Assembly (NCBI GenBank): GCA_026387175.1
Contig: JAPLME010000010.1
Location: 62,096-126,095 of the forward strand
DNA: 64,000 nt
Direction: 5' to 3'
From: Candidatus Omnitrophota bacterium
GTDB lineage: Bacteria > Omnitrophota > Gorgyraeia > 2-01-FULL-45-10
Below the pieces are notes generated by a model. That model was not told the origin of the DNA, made no database searches, and worked only from the letters and a program-made list of their open reading frames with translations. This document shows, one piece after another, positions 56,245-63,514 of this stretch (position 1 is the stretch's first letter; each line of letters begins with the position of its first letter). The position numbers were made by a program, and so were the translations under genes.

Positions 56245-56269
56245 CGCCGTAGTTTGATTCGCGCATCTC

Positions 56270-56298
56270 TTGCAATACATGCCACCCTACGGTATAAT
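56270..56298 (+). promoter_or_regulatory. Sigma70-type promoter (TTGCAA, 17-nt spacer, TATAAT) for lgt; predicted start site falls on the lgt ATG, giving a leaderless mRNA
   Basis: TTGCAA at 56270-56275, a 17-nt spacer, then TATAAT at 56293-56298. The lgt ATG at 56305 lies about 7 nt downstream with no Shine-Dalgarno sequence. Confidence 0.5.
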
Positions 56299-56304
56299 TA
56301 CTCC

Positions 56305-57081
56305 ATGCATCCATTCCTATTCCAAGGCACGCCTTACGAGACGCCGAGCTGGGATGTTATTTTATTTGCCGGATTTTTTATCGCCTTGACAATAGCGCTT
56401 ATTGTAAAACCCAAAGATTTTCCGGTTACGCGCCGCGGTATCATAGCTTTCACCTTCATTACCTTATTTACCGGTTCACTCGGGGCCAAGCTTCTCTATA
56501 TCTTCCTTCACCGCGAAGAGCTATTCGGCGCTATGCACTTGTCATTCAGTGACGCCTTCCTATCATCCGGATATGCCTTTTTAGGTACCCTTGTCGCTGA
56601 GCTCATTACGATGTGGGCATTTACAAAGATCAGATTAAAACCGATCAGTTTTCTTGTCTTTGCGGACTTCTTAATGCCATTTCTTCTGTTACAGCAGGCG
56701 TTTACCCGCATTGGCTGTTTTTTAAACGGCTGTTGTTATGGCCCGGTAACAAACCTGCCATGGGGATGCGTTTTTGTGGATGAAACGGTCAAACGTCATC
56801 CCACGCAGATATATTTCGCCATAGCCCTCGTGATAATATTCTTTTATACGAGACATCTCTATAAAATGAAGCTGCCCAAAGGCATAGTTTTCTTCACAAC
56901 GCTCTTTACCTACGGCCTTTTCAGGTGTATACTTGAGTCATGGAGGGTCGATAGTCCTCATATCCTGGGGCCTGTCACGCTCGCGCAGGTCACGACATTT
57001 ACGCTCGCCGTTATCAGCGGCGCCTGTTTATATGCGATCATGGTACGAAACGGTCTTATAAAATCAAGGAGGAAGGGATGA
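56305..57081 (+). CDS. lgt: Prolipoprotein diacylglyceryl transferase (Lgt), 258 aa from ATG 56305. The ORF track extends it to a TTG at 56254.
   Basis: Polytopic membrane protein. It has the RIGCFLNGCCYG...WG motif (compare E. coli RLGNFINGELWGR) and HPTQIYFAIALVIIF (compare E. coli HPSQLYE). The N-terminal W..GFF region aligns with the E. coli WYGLMYLVGF region. Confidence 0.8.
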   Translation: MHPFLFQGTPYETPSWDVILFAGFFIALTIALIVKPKDFPVTRRGIIAFTFITLFTGSLGAKLLYIFLHREELFGAMHLSFSDAFLSSGYAFLGTLVAELITMWAFTKIRLKPISFLVFADFLMPFLLLQQAFTRIGCFLNGCCYGPVTNLPWGCVFVDETVKRHPTQIYFAIALVIIFFYTRHLYKMKLPKGIVFFTTLFTYGLFRCILESWRVDSPHILGPVTLAQVTTFTLAVISGACLYAIMVRNGLIKSRRKG

Positions 57082-57725
57082 AGAAATACGCATTCGTTGT
57101 AGCGGTGGTATTTATATGCACAAATGCCTATGCGATCGATTTTCCATGGTCCAAGCCGCCCCAGAAAAAAGATGCCGCTGCGGATACGGCTAAGCCGGCA
57201 GCTCCGGCAAAAGCGGTTGTTGCTAAGCCGGTTGTTCCTGCGGCTCCTGTAAAAGCAGTTGCTGCCGCGCCGGTTCAGCCGGCAAAGGCCGCTGTTGTGG
57301 CTCCCGCAGCCCCGGCGAATGCGACCCAGCCCGCTCCGGTAGTAGCGCCCCAGAAAAAACTCACCAAGGAGGAGATGATAACCCGCATTACTGAGGTGCT
57401 GAAGAGTCGTCCGAACCTGGTCTCCGTTGTCCAGGGGCTTGTGGCGACGCCAGGAGAGGACGGCGTTACAATCTATACATATAATGGTAAAAAGTTGGCG
57501 GATCTCGATGAGGATACGCTCTTCAAGATCCTCTCCCAAATAAATCAGCAGATTTCGCTGGATAATCTTCAGAAACTAGAACGCCAGCAGAGACAACTCA
57601 AGAATCTTCAGCAGATAGACCAAATAAATAAGACTCAGCGTATGCTGCAACAACAGCAGGCGCTTTCAAAGCCCGCGGCGCCTAAGGTCTATACGCCCCC
57701 TAAGGTACCCAGGACACACTATTAA
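57078..57725 (+). CDS. Secreted hypothetical protein: signal peptide, Ala/Pro/Val-rich low-complexity linker, and a C-terminal Gln-rich coiled-coil domain
   Basis: The ATG overlaps the lgt stop (ATGA at 57078-57081), indicating translational coupling. A strong AGGAGG Shine-Dalgarno sequence lies about 8 nt upstream. The N-terminus MKKYAFVVAVVFICTNAYA is a typical signal peptide. The linker is repeats of PA(A/V)PAKAVVAKP. Confidence 0.7.
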   Translation: MKKYAFVVAVVFICTNAYAIDFPWSKPPQKKDAAADTAKPAAPAKAVVAKPVVPAAPVKAVAAAPVQPAKAAVVAPAAPANATQPAPVVAPQKKLTKEEMITRITEVLKSRPNLVSVVQGLVATPGEDGVTIYTYNGKKLADLDEDTLFKILSQINQQISLDNLQKLERQQRQLKNLQQIDQINKTQRMLQQQQALSKPAAPKVYTPPKVPRTHY

Positions 57726-57743
57726 AAAGTAATAGTCTCCATC

Positions 57744-57769
57744 GTAGCCGACATTTAAATGTCGGCTAC
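57744..57769 (+). terminator. Perfect 11-bp stem with 4-nt loop, a plus-strand terminator candidate (no T-run)
   Basis: GTAGCCGACAT-TTAA-ATGTCGGCTAC sits 19 nt after the stop of the 57078-57725 CDS. Confidence 0.45.
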
Positions 57770-57810
57770 GACATTGATGGTACACTTCATTAAGAATAGA
57801 TAATAACTCG

Positions 57811-57844
57811 AAAAAAAGAAGCCCGGCAGGATATGCCGGGCTTC
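57811..57844 (-). terminator. Rho-independent terminator of the cold-shock gene (minus strand)
   Basis: GAAGCCCGGCA-GGATA-TGCCGGGCTTC is an 11-bp stem. On the plus strand it is preceded by seven A (a U-run on the minus-strand RNA). It lies immediately 3' of the csp stop at 57862. Confidence 0.75.
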
Positions 57845-57861
57845 TTCATCCTAAGTCATTG

Positions 57862-58062
57862 CTATAGTTTTACTACGTTTGCCGCCTGTTCGCCTTTAGG
57901 GCCCTGAGTAACATCGAACTCTACATCCTGGCCTTCTTTTAAAGATTTAAAGCCATCCCCCTGGATAACGCTGTGATGCACGAATACATCCTTACCGTTT
58001 TCCGGCGTGATGAAACCGTATCCCTTAGCGTCGTTGAACCATTTTACTTTACCTTTTACCAT
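57862..58062 (-). CDS. cspA: Cold-shock protein, CspA family (66 aa)
   Basis: [16 protein letters not shown] (RNP1) and VFVHHSVI (RNP2-like) are present. An AGGAGG Shine-Dalgarno sequence (58072-58077 on the minus strand) lies 9 nt upstream of the ATG. Confidence 0.95.
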   Translation of the reverse strand: MVKGKVKWFNDAKGYGFITPENGKDVFVHHSVIQGDGFKSLKEGQDVEFDVTQGPKGEQAANVVKL

Positions 58063-58184
58063 TATTCACTACCTCCTTCCGGTGGAATTAATAGTAAATA
58101 ATGGCATTATATGAGGCCCTATTTACTACCGGGCGCATTTTACCATTTTCCTTAGATGCCGGCCAGCACTTTTTTAAAAAACTC

Positions 58185-58214
58185 TTGATATAATGCCCCT
58201 TAAGAGGCTATAAT
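58185..58214 (+). promoter_or_regulatory. Candidate sigma70 promoter for the patatin operon (TTGATA, 18-nt spacer, TATAAT)
   Basis: TTGATA at 58185-58190 and TATAAT at 58209-58214. The ATG of the first patatin gene is at 58230. Confidence 0.4.
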
Positions 58215-58229
58215 CTGGTTGATAAACAT

Positions 58230-59465
58230 ATGATAAAGATATCCCGCATAAAAATACCGCTGGCAATATTATTGATATCGGCATTTATTCTCTCCGGATG
58301 CTCGGAAGGAAGGCGTGCCGTTCCTCAGGCCCTTGCCGATAAAGCGGAAGTTCCGGGAATGCCCGGAGTCCGCTCCAATTGTGATTCTACTAACCCTTTA
58401 ATGGAAAAGAGCCTTCTCGAATCATTTAAATACGAATATCCCACCTATTTCCCGTCAGACGCTGATGGAGTGAAAACATACTCTTCGCTCGCCATATCCG
58501 GAGGCGCCGATAATGGCGCTTATGGCGCCGGAGTATTAAAGGGCTGGTCGGAAGCAGGTTCCCGGCCCGTCTTTAAAGTTGTCACGGGGGTCAGCACCGG
58601 GGCACTCATTGCCCCCTATGCTTTCTTAGGCAGTGAATACGATAAAGAAGTAGAGACTCTATTTACGAATATATCCACTGATGACATAGTAAAACGTAAA
58701 GGCTTCTTAAGCGGGGTCTTCGGAAACTCACTCACAAGCTCGGAACCTCTGGCAAGACTGATATCGGCCTCTGTGAACGATCGTCTATTGAGCGACATTG
58801 CCCGTGAATATGGCCGCGGCAGGCGCCTCTTTGTCGGCACGGTGAATCTGGATGCCTGCAAGCTGATCATATGGGATATGGGAGCGATCGCGGTGCTGGC
58901 ATCGCGCGGAAATCTTCAGGCCAGGGAACTCTTTAAGAAAGTGCTGCTTGCCTCAGCGTCTATACCCGTCACATTTTCCCCGGTACTGATAGACGTGGAA
59001 GCGGACGGGAAGATGTATAAGGAGATGCATGTCGACGGCGGCACGCTCTCCCAGGTCTTCTTTATATACGGCCTGGCGCATAACCTGCGGAAAATGGCCG
59101 GGAAGGCCGGTGTAGATATCTCCAAGGTAAAGGCGAAACTTTACGTGATCCGTAATGGCAAAGTAACACCCGGATATAAGGAGATGAAGAGCTGGCTGGG
59201 CGCGATAGCTGAAAGGTCCATCGATGCCATGACCGGAGCGCAGACTGTAGGCGATATCTACAGGCTATATGCCATCTCCGTGGAAAAGGGCAATGATTTC
59301 AACCTCGCGTATATACCGGACAATTATGTTTCGGGCAAGAAGGAATTTTTTGATAAGTACGAAATGCGCCGGCTCTTCGAGCGCGGTTATCAGGACGCCC
59401 TTAAAGGGTATTCCTGGCATAAAACCCCTCCGGGATGGGAGAAGACATTGGCCGGGGAAGAATGA
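58230..59465 (+). CDS. Patatin-like phospholipase, predicted lipoprotein (411 aa)
   Basis: Lipobox ILSGC after an N-terminal hydrophobic region. Gly-rich oxyanion motif SGGADNGAYGAG. Nucleophile elbow GVSTG (GxSxG). Catalytic Asp in HVDGGT. Confidence 0.85.
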   Translation: MIKISRIKIPLAILLISAFILSGCSEGRRAVPQALADKAEVPGMPGVRSNCDSTNPLMEKSLLESFKYEYPTYFPSDADGVKTYSSLAISGGADNGAYGAGVLKGWSEAGSRPVFKVVTGVSTGALIAPYAFLGSEYDKEVETLFTNISTDDIVKRKGFLSGVFGNSLTSSEPLARLISASVNDRLLSDIAREYGRGRRLFVGTVNLDACKLIIWDMGAIAVLASRGNLQARELFKKVLLASASIPVTFSPVLIDVEADGKMYKEMHVDGGTLSQVFFIYGLAHNLRKMAGKAGVDISKVKAKLYVIRNGKVTPGYKEMKSWLGAIAERSIDAMTGAQTVGDIYRLYAISVEKGNDFNLAYIPDNYVSGKKEFFDKYEMRRLFERGYQDALKGYSWHKTPPGWEKTLAGEE

Positions 59466-59475
59466 AAGGGTGAGG

Positions 59476-59742
59476 ATGATGCGTAAAATATGGGCAATTT
59501 TATTAATGATCGCGGGTATGGCCGTTTCGGCGTTTTCGGTAGCCTTGATGAACGATTTTATCATGTTGGCCCGGCCCATCATCTTAATGGGCTCTAAGCT
59601 TCGGCCGAATAACACCGTTGTCGAAAGCGCCGTTGCGATGGCCCTTATAATGTTAATTTTTATGGTGGGCTTGGCGCTTATCGTCATAGCCGGTGTAAAT
59701 ATAATAAAATCATTTTATAAACAGGGAGGGAGACCTTCATGA
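59476..59742 (+). CDS. Small two-helix membrane protein (88 aa), translationally coupled between the two patatin genes
   Basis: A GGTGAGG Shine-Dalgarno sequence then ATGATG at 59476. Two hydrophobic helices (AILLMIAGMAVSAFSVAL, AMALIMLIFMVGLALIVIAGV). Its stop overlaps the ATG of the next gene (ATGA at 59739-59742). The ORF track extends the frame back to 59269, inside patatin 1, which is unlikely to be real. Confidence 0.55.
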   Translation: MMRKIWAILLMIAGMAVSAFSVALMNDFIMLARPIILMGSKLRPNNTVVESAVAMALIMLIFMVGLALIVIAGVNIIKSFYKQGGRPS

Positions 59743-60956
59743 GGCGCATATTGAGATTCAGGCTTTTTGTTTTTCTGTTAATACTTTGCATGTCCGCGGT
59801 TATTTCAGGATGCGCCACGACACGCCATCCGGTGCCGCTTAATCTGGTTGATAAGGCCCGTATCGGAAATATGGACGATATACGGGCCGTAGTAGGAGAA
59901 TCCAATACCAAACTGCAGGAGAATCTGGTGCAATCGGTCAAAGAGGAGCGCCCCGAAGACTTTCCGATAGGGCAGGATGGCATAAAAGTGTATCCCGTCC
60001 TTGCCATATCCGGCGGCGGGGCTAATGGCGCATACGGAGCGGGCCTTTTGAAAGGGTGGTCGGCGGAAGGTTCCAGGCCGGTATTTAAGGTGATTACAGG
60101 CGTCAGCACGGGAGCGTTAATAGCTCCATACGCGTTCCTTGGCAGTAAATATGATGCCGATCTCGAAAAGCTTTACACGACGATGTCGACCAAAGATGTG
60201 ATGTCGTCGAAGGGCCCCTTCGGGGCTCTTTTCGGAAATTCGCTGGCCAATAATCGTCCTCTCGACAAAAAGATAGCGGGAATATTAAACCAGGACCTGT
60301 TGGATAAGATAGCCACTGAACACAAACATGGCCGCAGGCTATTAGTCGGCACCGTTAATCTTGACGCCCAGCGCTTTGTGATATGGGATATGGGCGCCAT
60401 CGCCGCCAGAGGCGACGCCGATCTATTTCGCAGGGTGATCATTGCCTCCGCCGCGATACCGGTGGTATTCCCTCCCTCGATCTTTCATGTCAAAGTCGAC
60501 GGTAAGCCTTACGACGAGATGCACGTTGACGGCGGGACCCTGACGCAGGTCTTCACCACCTACAAGCTTCTCGAGGGCATGCAGGGGGCCGCTAAAAACC
60601 TGGGTATCGATCCGTCGAAGGTAAAGGCGAAACTCTACATATTACGTAACGGTTATATGTCGCCAAACTATAAGAAAGTGGAAGACAGCCTCCCGTCGCT
60701 TGCCGACAGGTGTTTCGATACGATAATCAATGCACAGGGGATCGGCGACGTATACAGGATATACGTATTTATGAAACAGCGAGGGAGCGATTACAATCTC
60801 GCGTTCATACCGCCCGATTTTAAGCAGGAGTCTAAAGAGATGTTCGACCCCCAGGATATGAAGCGGCTCTTCGACAGGGGGTATCAGGACGCCGTCAAAG
60901 GATACAACTGGAGCAAGTGCCCGCCCGGGTTGACGGAGAAAGAGCCGGTCCAATAA
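59739..60956 (+). CDS. Patatin-like phospholipase, predicted lipoprotein (405 aa); paralog of the 58230 gene
   Basis: Lipobox VISGC, motifs SGGGANGAYGAG, GVSTG and HVDGGT. About 55-60% identical to patatin 1 by eye. A GGGAGGG Shine-Dalgarno sequence lies about 10 nt upstream. Confidence 0.85.
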   Translation: MRRILRFRLFVFLLILCMSAVISGCATTRHPVPLNLVDKARIGNMDDIRAVVGESNTKLQENLVQSVKEERPEDFPIGQDGIKVYPVLAISGGGANGAYGAGLLKGWSAEGSRPVFKVITGVSTGALIAPYAFLGSKYDADLEKLYTTMSTKDVMSSKGPFGALFGNSLANNRPLDKKIAGILNQDLLDKIATEHKHGRRLLVGTVNLDAQRFVIWDMGAIAARGDADLFRRVIIASAAIPVVFPPSIFHVKVDGKPYDEMHVDGGTLTQVFTTYKLLEGMQGAAKNLGIDPSKVKAKLYILRNGYMSPNYKKVEDSLPSLADRCFDTIINAQGIGDVYRIYVFMKQRGSDYNLAFIPPDFKQESKEMFDPQDMKRLFDRGYQDAVKGYNWSKCPPGLTEKEPVQ

Positions 60957-60961
60957 ATATA

Positions 60962-60990
60962 TGGACATAGTTATCGGTTTAGGTTATAAT
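60962..60990 (+). promoter_or_regulatory. Candidate sigma70 promoter (TGGACA, 17-nt spacer, TATAAT)
   Basis: TGGACA at 60962-60967 and TATAAT at 60985-60990, upstream of the 61039 ORF. A direct repeat CGAATAT-C-CGAATAT lies in the leader at 60992-61006. Confidence 0.4.
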
Positions 60991-61038
60991 ATCGAATATC
61001 CGAATATTGAATAATAAGGAAATAAAAAATCTGCGGTT

Positions 61039-61314
61039 ATGTATATGAAAGAAGAGCGTATAGTGGCTGAGACGATAGTGCTGAAGGTAGGCGACGCGAT
61101 CGGGTATCATAGTAACGATAAAGCGGTGATTGAGAAGATAAGGGTGATATCCACCGGTAAGTTTATCGAACAGGTCAAGTATGACGGTGAGAACGATGAT
61201 ATTGTGCTGACTTTAAGGGACGGTGCGGGCATTTGTAGCCTCTGGCTTAAAGATAATCCTGTACGTATATTGGAAGAGAAAAAAGAGAAGGGCAGAGCAC
61301 TCCGCAAAAAATAG
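61039..61314 (+). CDS. Hypothetical small protein (91 aa)
   Basis: ORF with a promoter-like region upstream and no recognisable motif. Weak Shine-Dalgarno sequence. Confidence 0.4.
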   Translation: MYMKEERIVAETIVLKVGDAIGYHSNDKAVIEKIRVISTGKFIEQVKYDGENDDIVLTLRDGAGICSLWLKDNPVRILEEKKEKGRALRKK

Positions 61315-61354
61315 ATCTTTCCCCGGATCGCAATAAATTAAATAGAATAATACT

Positions 61355-61684
61355 ATGGACGACCTGGCTTATAAAATTAAGGCGGATTTTTTGAAAGCGT
61401 TAGCGCATCCGTTGCGCCTGACGATTATAGAATTCCTGAAAAGCGGAGAGCAGAAAGTGGGGGTCATCGCGAAGAGGCTAGGTATCCCGCAGTCCAGCCT
61501 TTCGCGCCACCTTACGATTTTAAGAGAAGGCGGTGTATTAAAATCGAGACAGGTGGGGACGATAATCTTCTACGATATCGAGAGCCGTGATATATTCAAT
61601 GTCCTGAGGCCTGTCGCGGAGATGCTGCGCCGGAAATTAAAGAGAACAGAAAAGGTATTGGACAGTTTGGGGAAGGAAAAATAG
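61355..61684 (+). CDS. ArsR/SmtB-family HTH transcriptional regulator (109 aa)
   Basis: LKALAHPLRLTIIEFL...VGVIAKRLGIPQSSLSRHLTILREGGVL is a winged-HTH of the ArsR family. No obvious metal-sensing Cys motif. Confidence 0.8.
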   Translation: MDDLAYKIKADFLKALAHPLRLTIIEFLKSGEQKVGVIAKRLGIPQSSLSRHLTILREGGVLKSRQVGTIIFYDIESRDIFNVLRPVAEMLRRKLKRTEKVLDSLGKEK

Positions 61685-61689
61685 AAGCT

Positions 61690-63513
61690 TTGTCCGGAAT
61701 ATTGATATTCGATCCGCTTTCGTTATTCTTTCTTGTGGTGATCTCCATCGTTTCGCTGCCCTCGGCCGTTTACTCGATAGGTTATCTAAGAGGGGAATGC
61801 GCCGCCCTGAAGGCCGTCCTGGCATGGTCGCTGCTTTTCTTTTTCGTGATATCGATGGCCCTCGTGGTGACCGCAGGCAACCTCCTTGTCTTCCTTGTCG
61901 CCTGGGAGATAATGTCCCTGGTCTCGTACCTTCTCGTAGTATTCGATACAAAGAACAAAGAATCCGTCCGCGCGGGCACCATCTACATAGTGATGACGCA
62001 CATAGGGACAGCTTTTCTGGTCGCGGCATTCCTGATCATGTATAAGCACGCCAATTCGTTTGATCTCGCCGCTATAAAAAACGCCTGTACGACGATGCCG
62101 CTCCAGGAGCGAAATATCGTCTTCCTGCTTCTCTTGATAGGATTCGGCACCAAAGCCGGCATAGTGCCTTTACACATATGGCTTCCGTACGCCCATCCGC
62201 AGGCGCCGAGCCATATTTCAAGTATCATGTCAGGCGTGATGATCAAGACCGCGATATATGGAATAATCCGGTTTGTAATATTCATACTTGGCGTTAATTC
62301 TTCATGGTGGGGCGTATTAATTCTAATTCTGGCGGTCATCTCCTGTCTTGTAGGTGTCATTTACGCGCTTATGGAGCATGATATTAAAAGGCTTCTCGCG
62401 TATCATAGTGTTGAAAATATCGGGATCATTTTATTAGGAGTTGGAATGGCGATGTTTTTCCTCAGTATGAATATGCCGTATTTAGCTGTATTTTCCATGG
62501 CCGCCGGATTATATCACTTGATCAATCACGCGATCTTCAAGGGGCTCTTATTTTTGTGCGCCGGTAGCGTATATAAAGCCACAGGGACGCGCGATATCGA
62601 AAAATTGGGAGGCCTTATTAAAAATATGCCGCAGACTGCCGCCTGTTTTTTGATCGGAGCGATGGCGATCTCCGCTCTCCCTCCTTTAAACGGCTTTGTG
62701 AGCGAATGGCTGACTTTCCAGGCGTTCTTTATGGGTATTTTAACTGCCGTCGGAGGCGCCAAACTCTTCCTGGGTATCTGCGCGGCGATGTTAGCCCTGA
62801 CAAGCGGTTTGGCGGCTGCCTGTTTCGTTAAAGCGTTCGGCATAACATTTTTGGCGCGTCCGCGGAGCCATTACGCGCAGAACGCGAAAGAGGCCTCTTT
62901 CTCTATGAGGGCGGGTATGTTTTTTCTGGCCATCCTGACAGCCGTTTTTGGTCTGGGAGCCTCCTTTATTATAAAATTACTGGCAAAAGTCGCGGGAGCC
63001 GCGACCGGCATCAATACGCTCGGCATGAATTTCGCTTTAAACAATTTCGGCACGCTTGACGTTCATCACGGAAAAGGTATCTATCTCTCCACGCCTTTGC
63101 TGGCGTTCGTATTGATAGTTTTGGGTATAACGGCTTTTGTCATTTACAGGTTCTTCGGCAGGGGAAAGGCAGTTATCTACAAAACCTGGGACTGCGGTTA
63201 TTACACCCTGGATTCGCGGAATGAATATACCGCGACGGCCTTTTCTAAGCCTTTCAGGGTCGTCTTCAGTTTCTTTCTTCAGCCTTATCGTAAAACGGTG
63301 AAGATAAGAGATTCGTTCTATCACATAAAATCCTTTACATATGAAACGCACACAACGAAGGTTTTTAAAAAATATGTTTATATACCTGTCCTCACCTTGA
63401 TCTTCAGGTCCGCCAGGTTCATGAGAAAGATCCAGCCGGGCAGCATACATCTCTACCTATCCTATATATTTGTTACGGTATTATTGCTGTTATTTTTTAT
63501 GCGGAAATTTTAA
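61690..63513 (+). CDS. hyfB: Hydrogenase-4 component B / NuoL-like proton-conducting antiporter membrane subunit (607 aa; TTG start in the ORF track)
   Basis: Polytopic. It has the NuoL/M/N-family core (WLPYAHPQAPSHISSIMSGVMIKTAIYGIIRF, LAYHSVENIGIILLGVG, GLYHLINHAIFKGLLFLCAGSV). It lies 5 nt after arsR. A GGAAGGA Shine-Dalgarno-like sequence is upstream. Confidence 0.8.
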   Translation: MSGILIFDPLSLFFLVVISIVSLPSAVYSIGYLRGECAALKAVLAWSLLFFFVISMALVVTAGNLLVFLVAWEIMSLVSYLLVVFDTKNKESVRAGTIYIVMTHIGTAFLVAAFLIMYKHANSFDLAAIKNACTTMPLQERNIVFLLLLIGFGTKAGIVPLHIWLPYAHPQAPSHISSIMSGVMIKTAIYGIIRFVIFILGVNSSWWGVLILILAVISCLVGVIYALMEHDIKRLLAYHSVENIGIILLGVGMAMFFLSMNMPYLAVFSMAAGLYHLINHAIFKGLLFLCAGSVYKATGTRDIEKLGGLIKNMPQTAACFLIGAMAISALPPLNGFVSEWLTFQAFFMGILTAVGGAKLFLGICAAMLALTSGLAAACFVKAFGITFLARPRSHYAQNAKEASFSMRAGMFFLAILTAVFGLGASFIIKLLAKVAGAATGINTLGMNFALNNFGTLDVHHGKGIYLSTPLLAFVLIVLGITAFVIYRFFGRGKAVIYKTWDCGYYTLDSRNEYTATAFSKPFRVVFSFFLQPYRKTVKIRDSFYHIKSFTYETHTTKVFKKYVYIPVLTLIFRSARFMRKIQPGSIHLYLSYIFVTVLLLLFFMRKF

Positions 63514-63514
63514 G

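Noticed and set aside
1-56244. Classical Rhs/polymorphic-toxin locus (toxin plus immunity gene)
   Set aside because: No Rhs core or PxxxxDPxG motif was found. The YD repeats are N-terminal rather than immediately preceding the C-terminus. The gene after the stop is lgt, not a small immunity-like ORF.
56254-56304. TTG start at 56254 extending Lgt by 17 aa (as in the ORF track)
   Set aside because: The extension (MIRASLAIHATLRYNYS) overlaps the near-consensus promoter and has no counterpart in the Lgt N-terminus. The ATG at 56305 gives an N-terminus that aligns with the E. coli Lgt WYG...GF region.
58063-58229. Promoter of cspA on the minus strand, and a possible long cold-box 5' UTR
   Set aside because: The Shine-Dalgarno sequence is clear. 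Two candidate -10 boxes (58106-58111 and 58137-58142 on the minus strand) both lack a convincing -35, so no promoter was called. The intergenic region (167 nt) is shared with the divergent patatin promoter and is too short for an E. coli-style 160-nt cspA leader.
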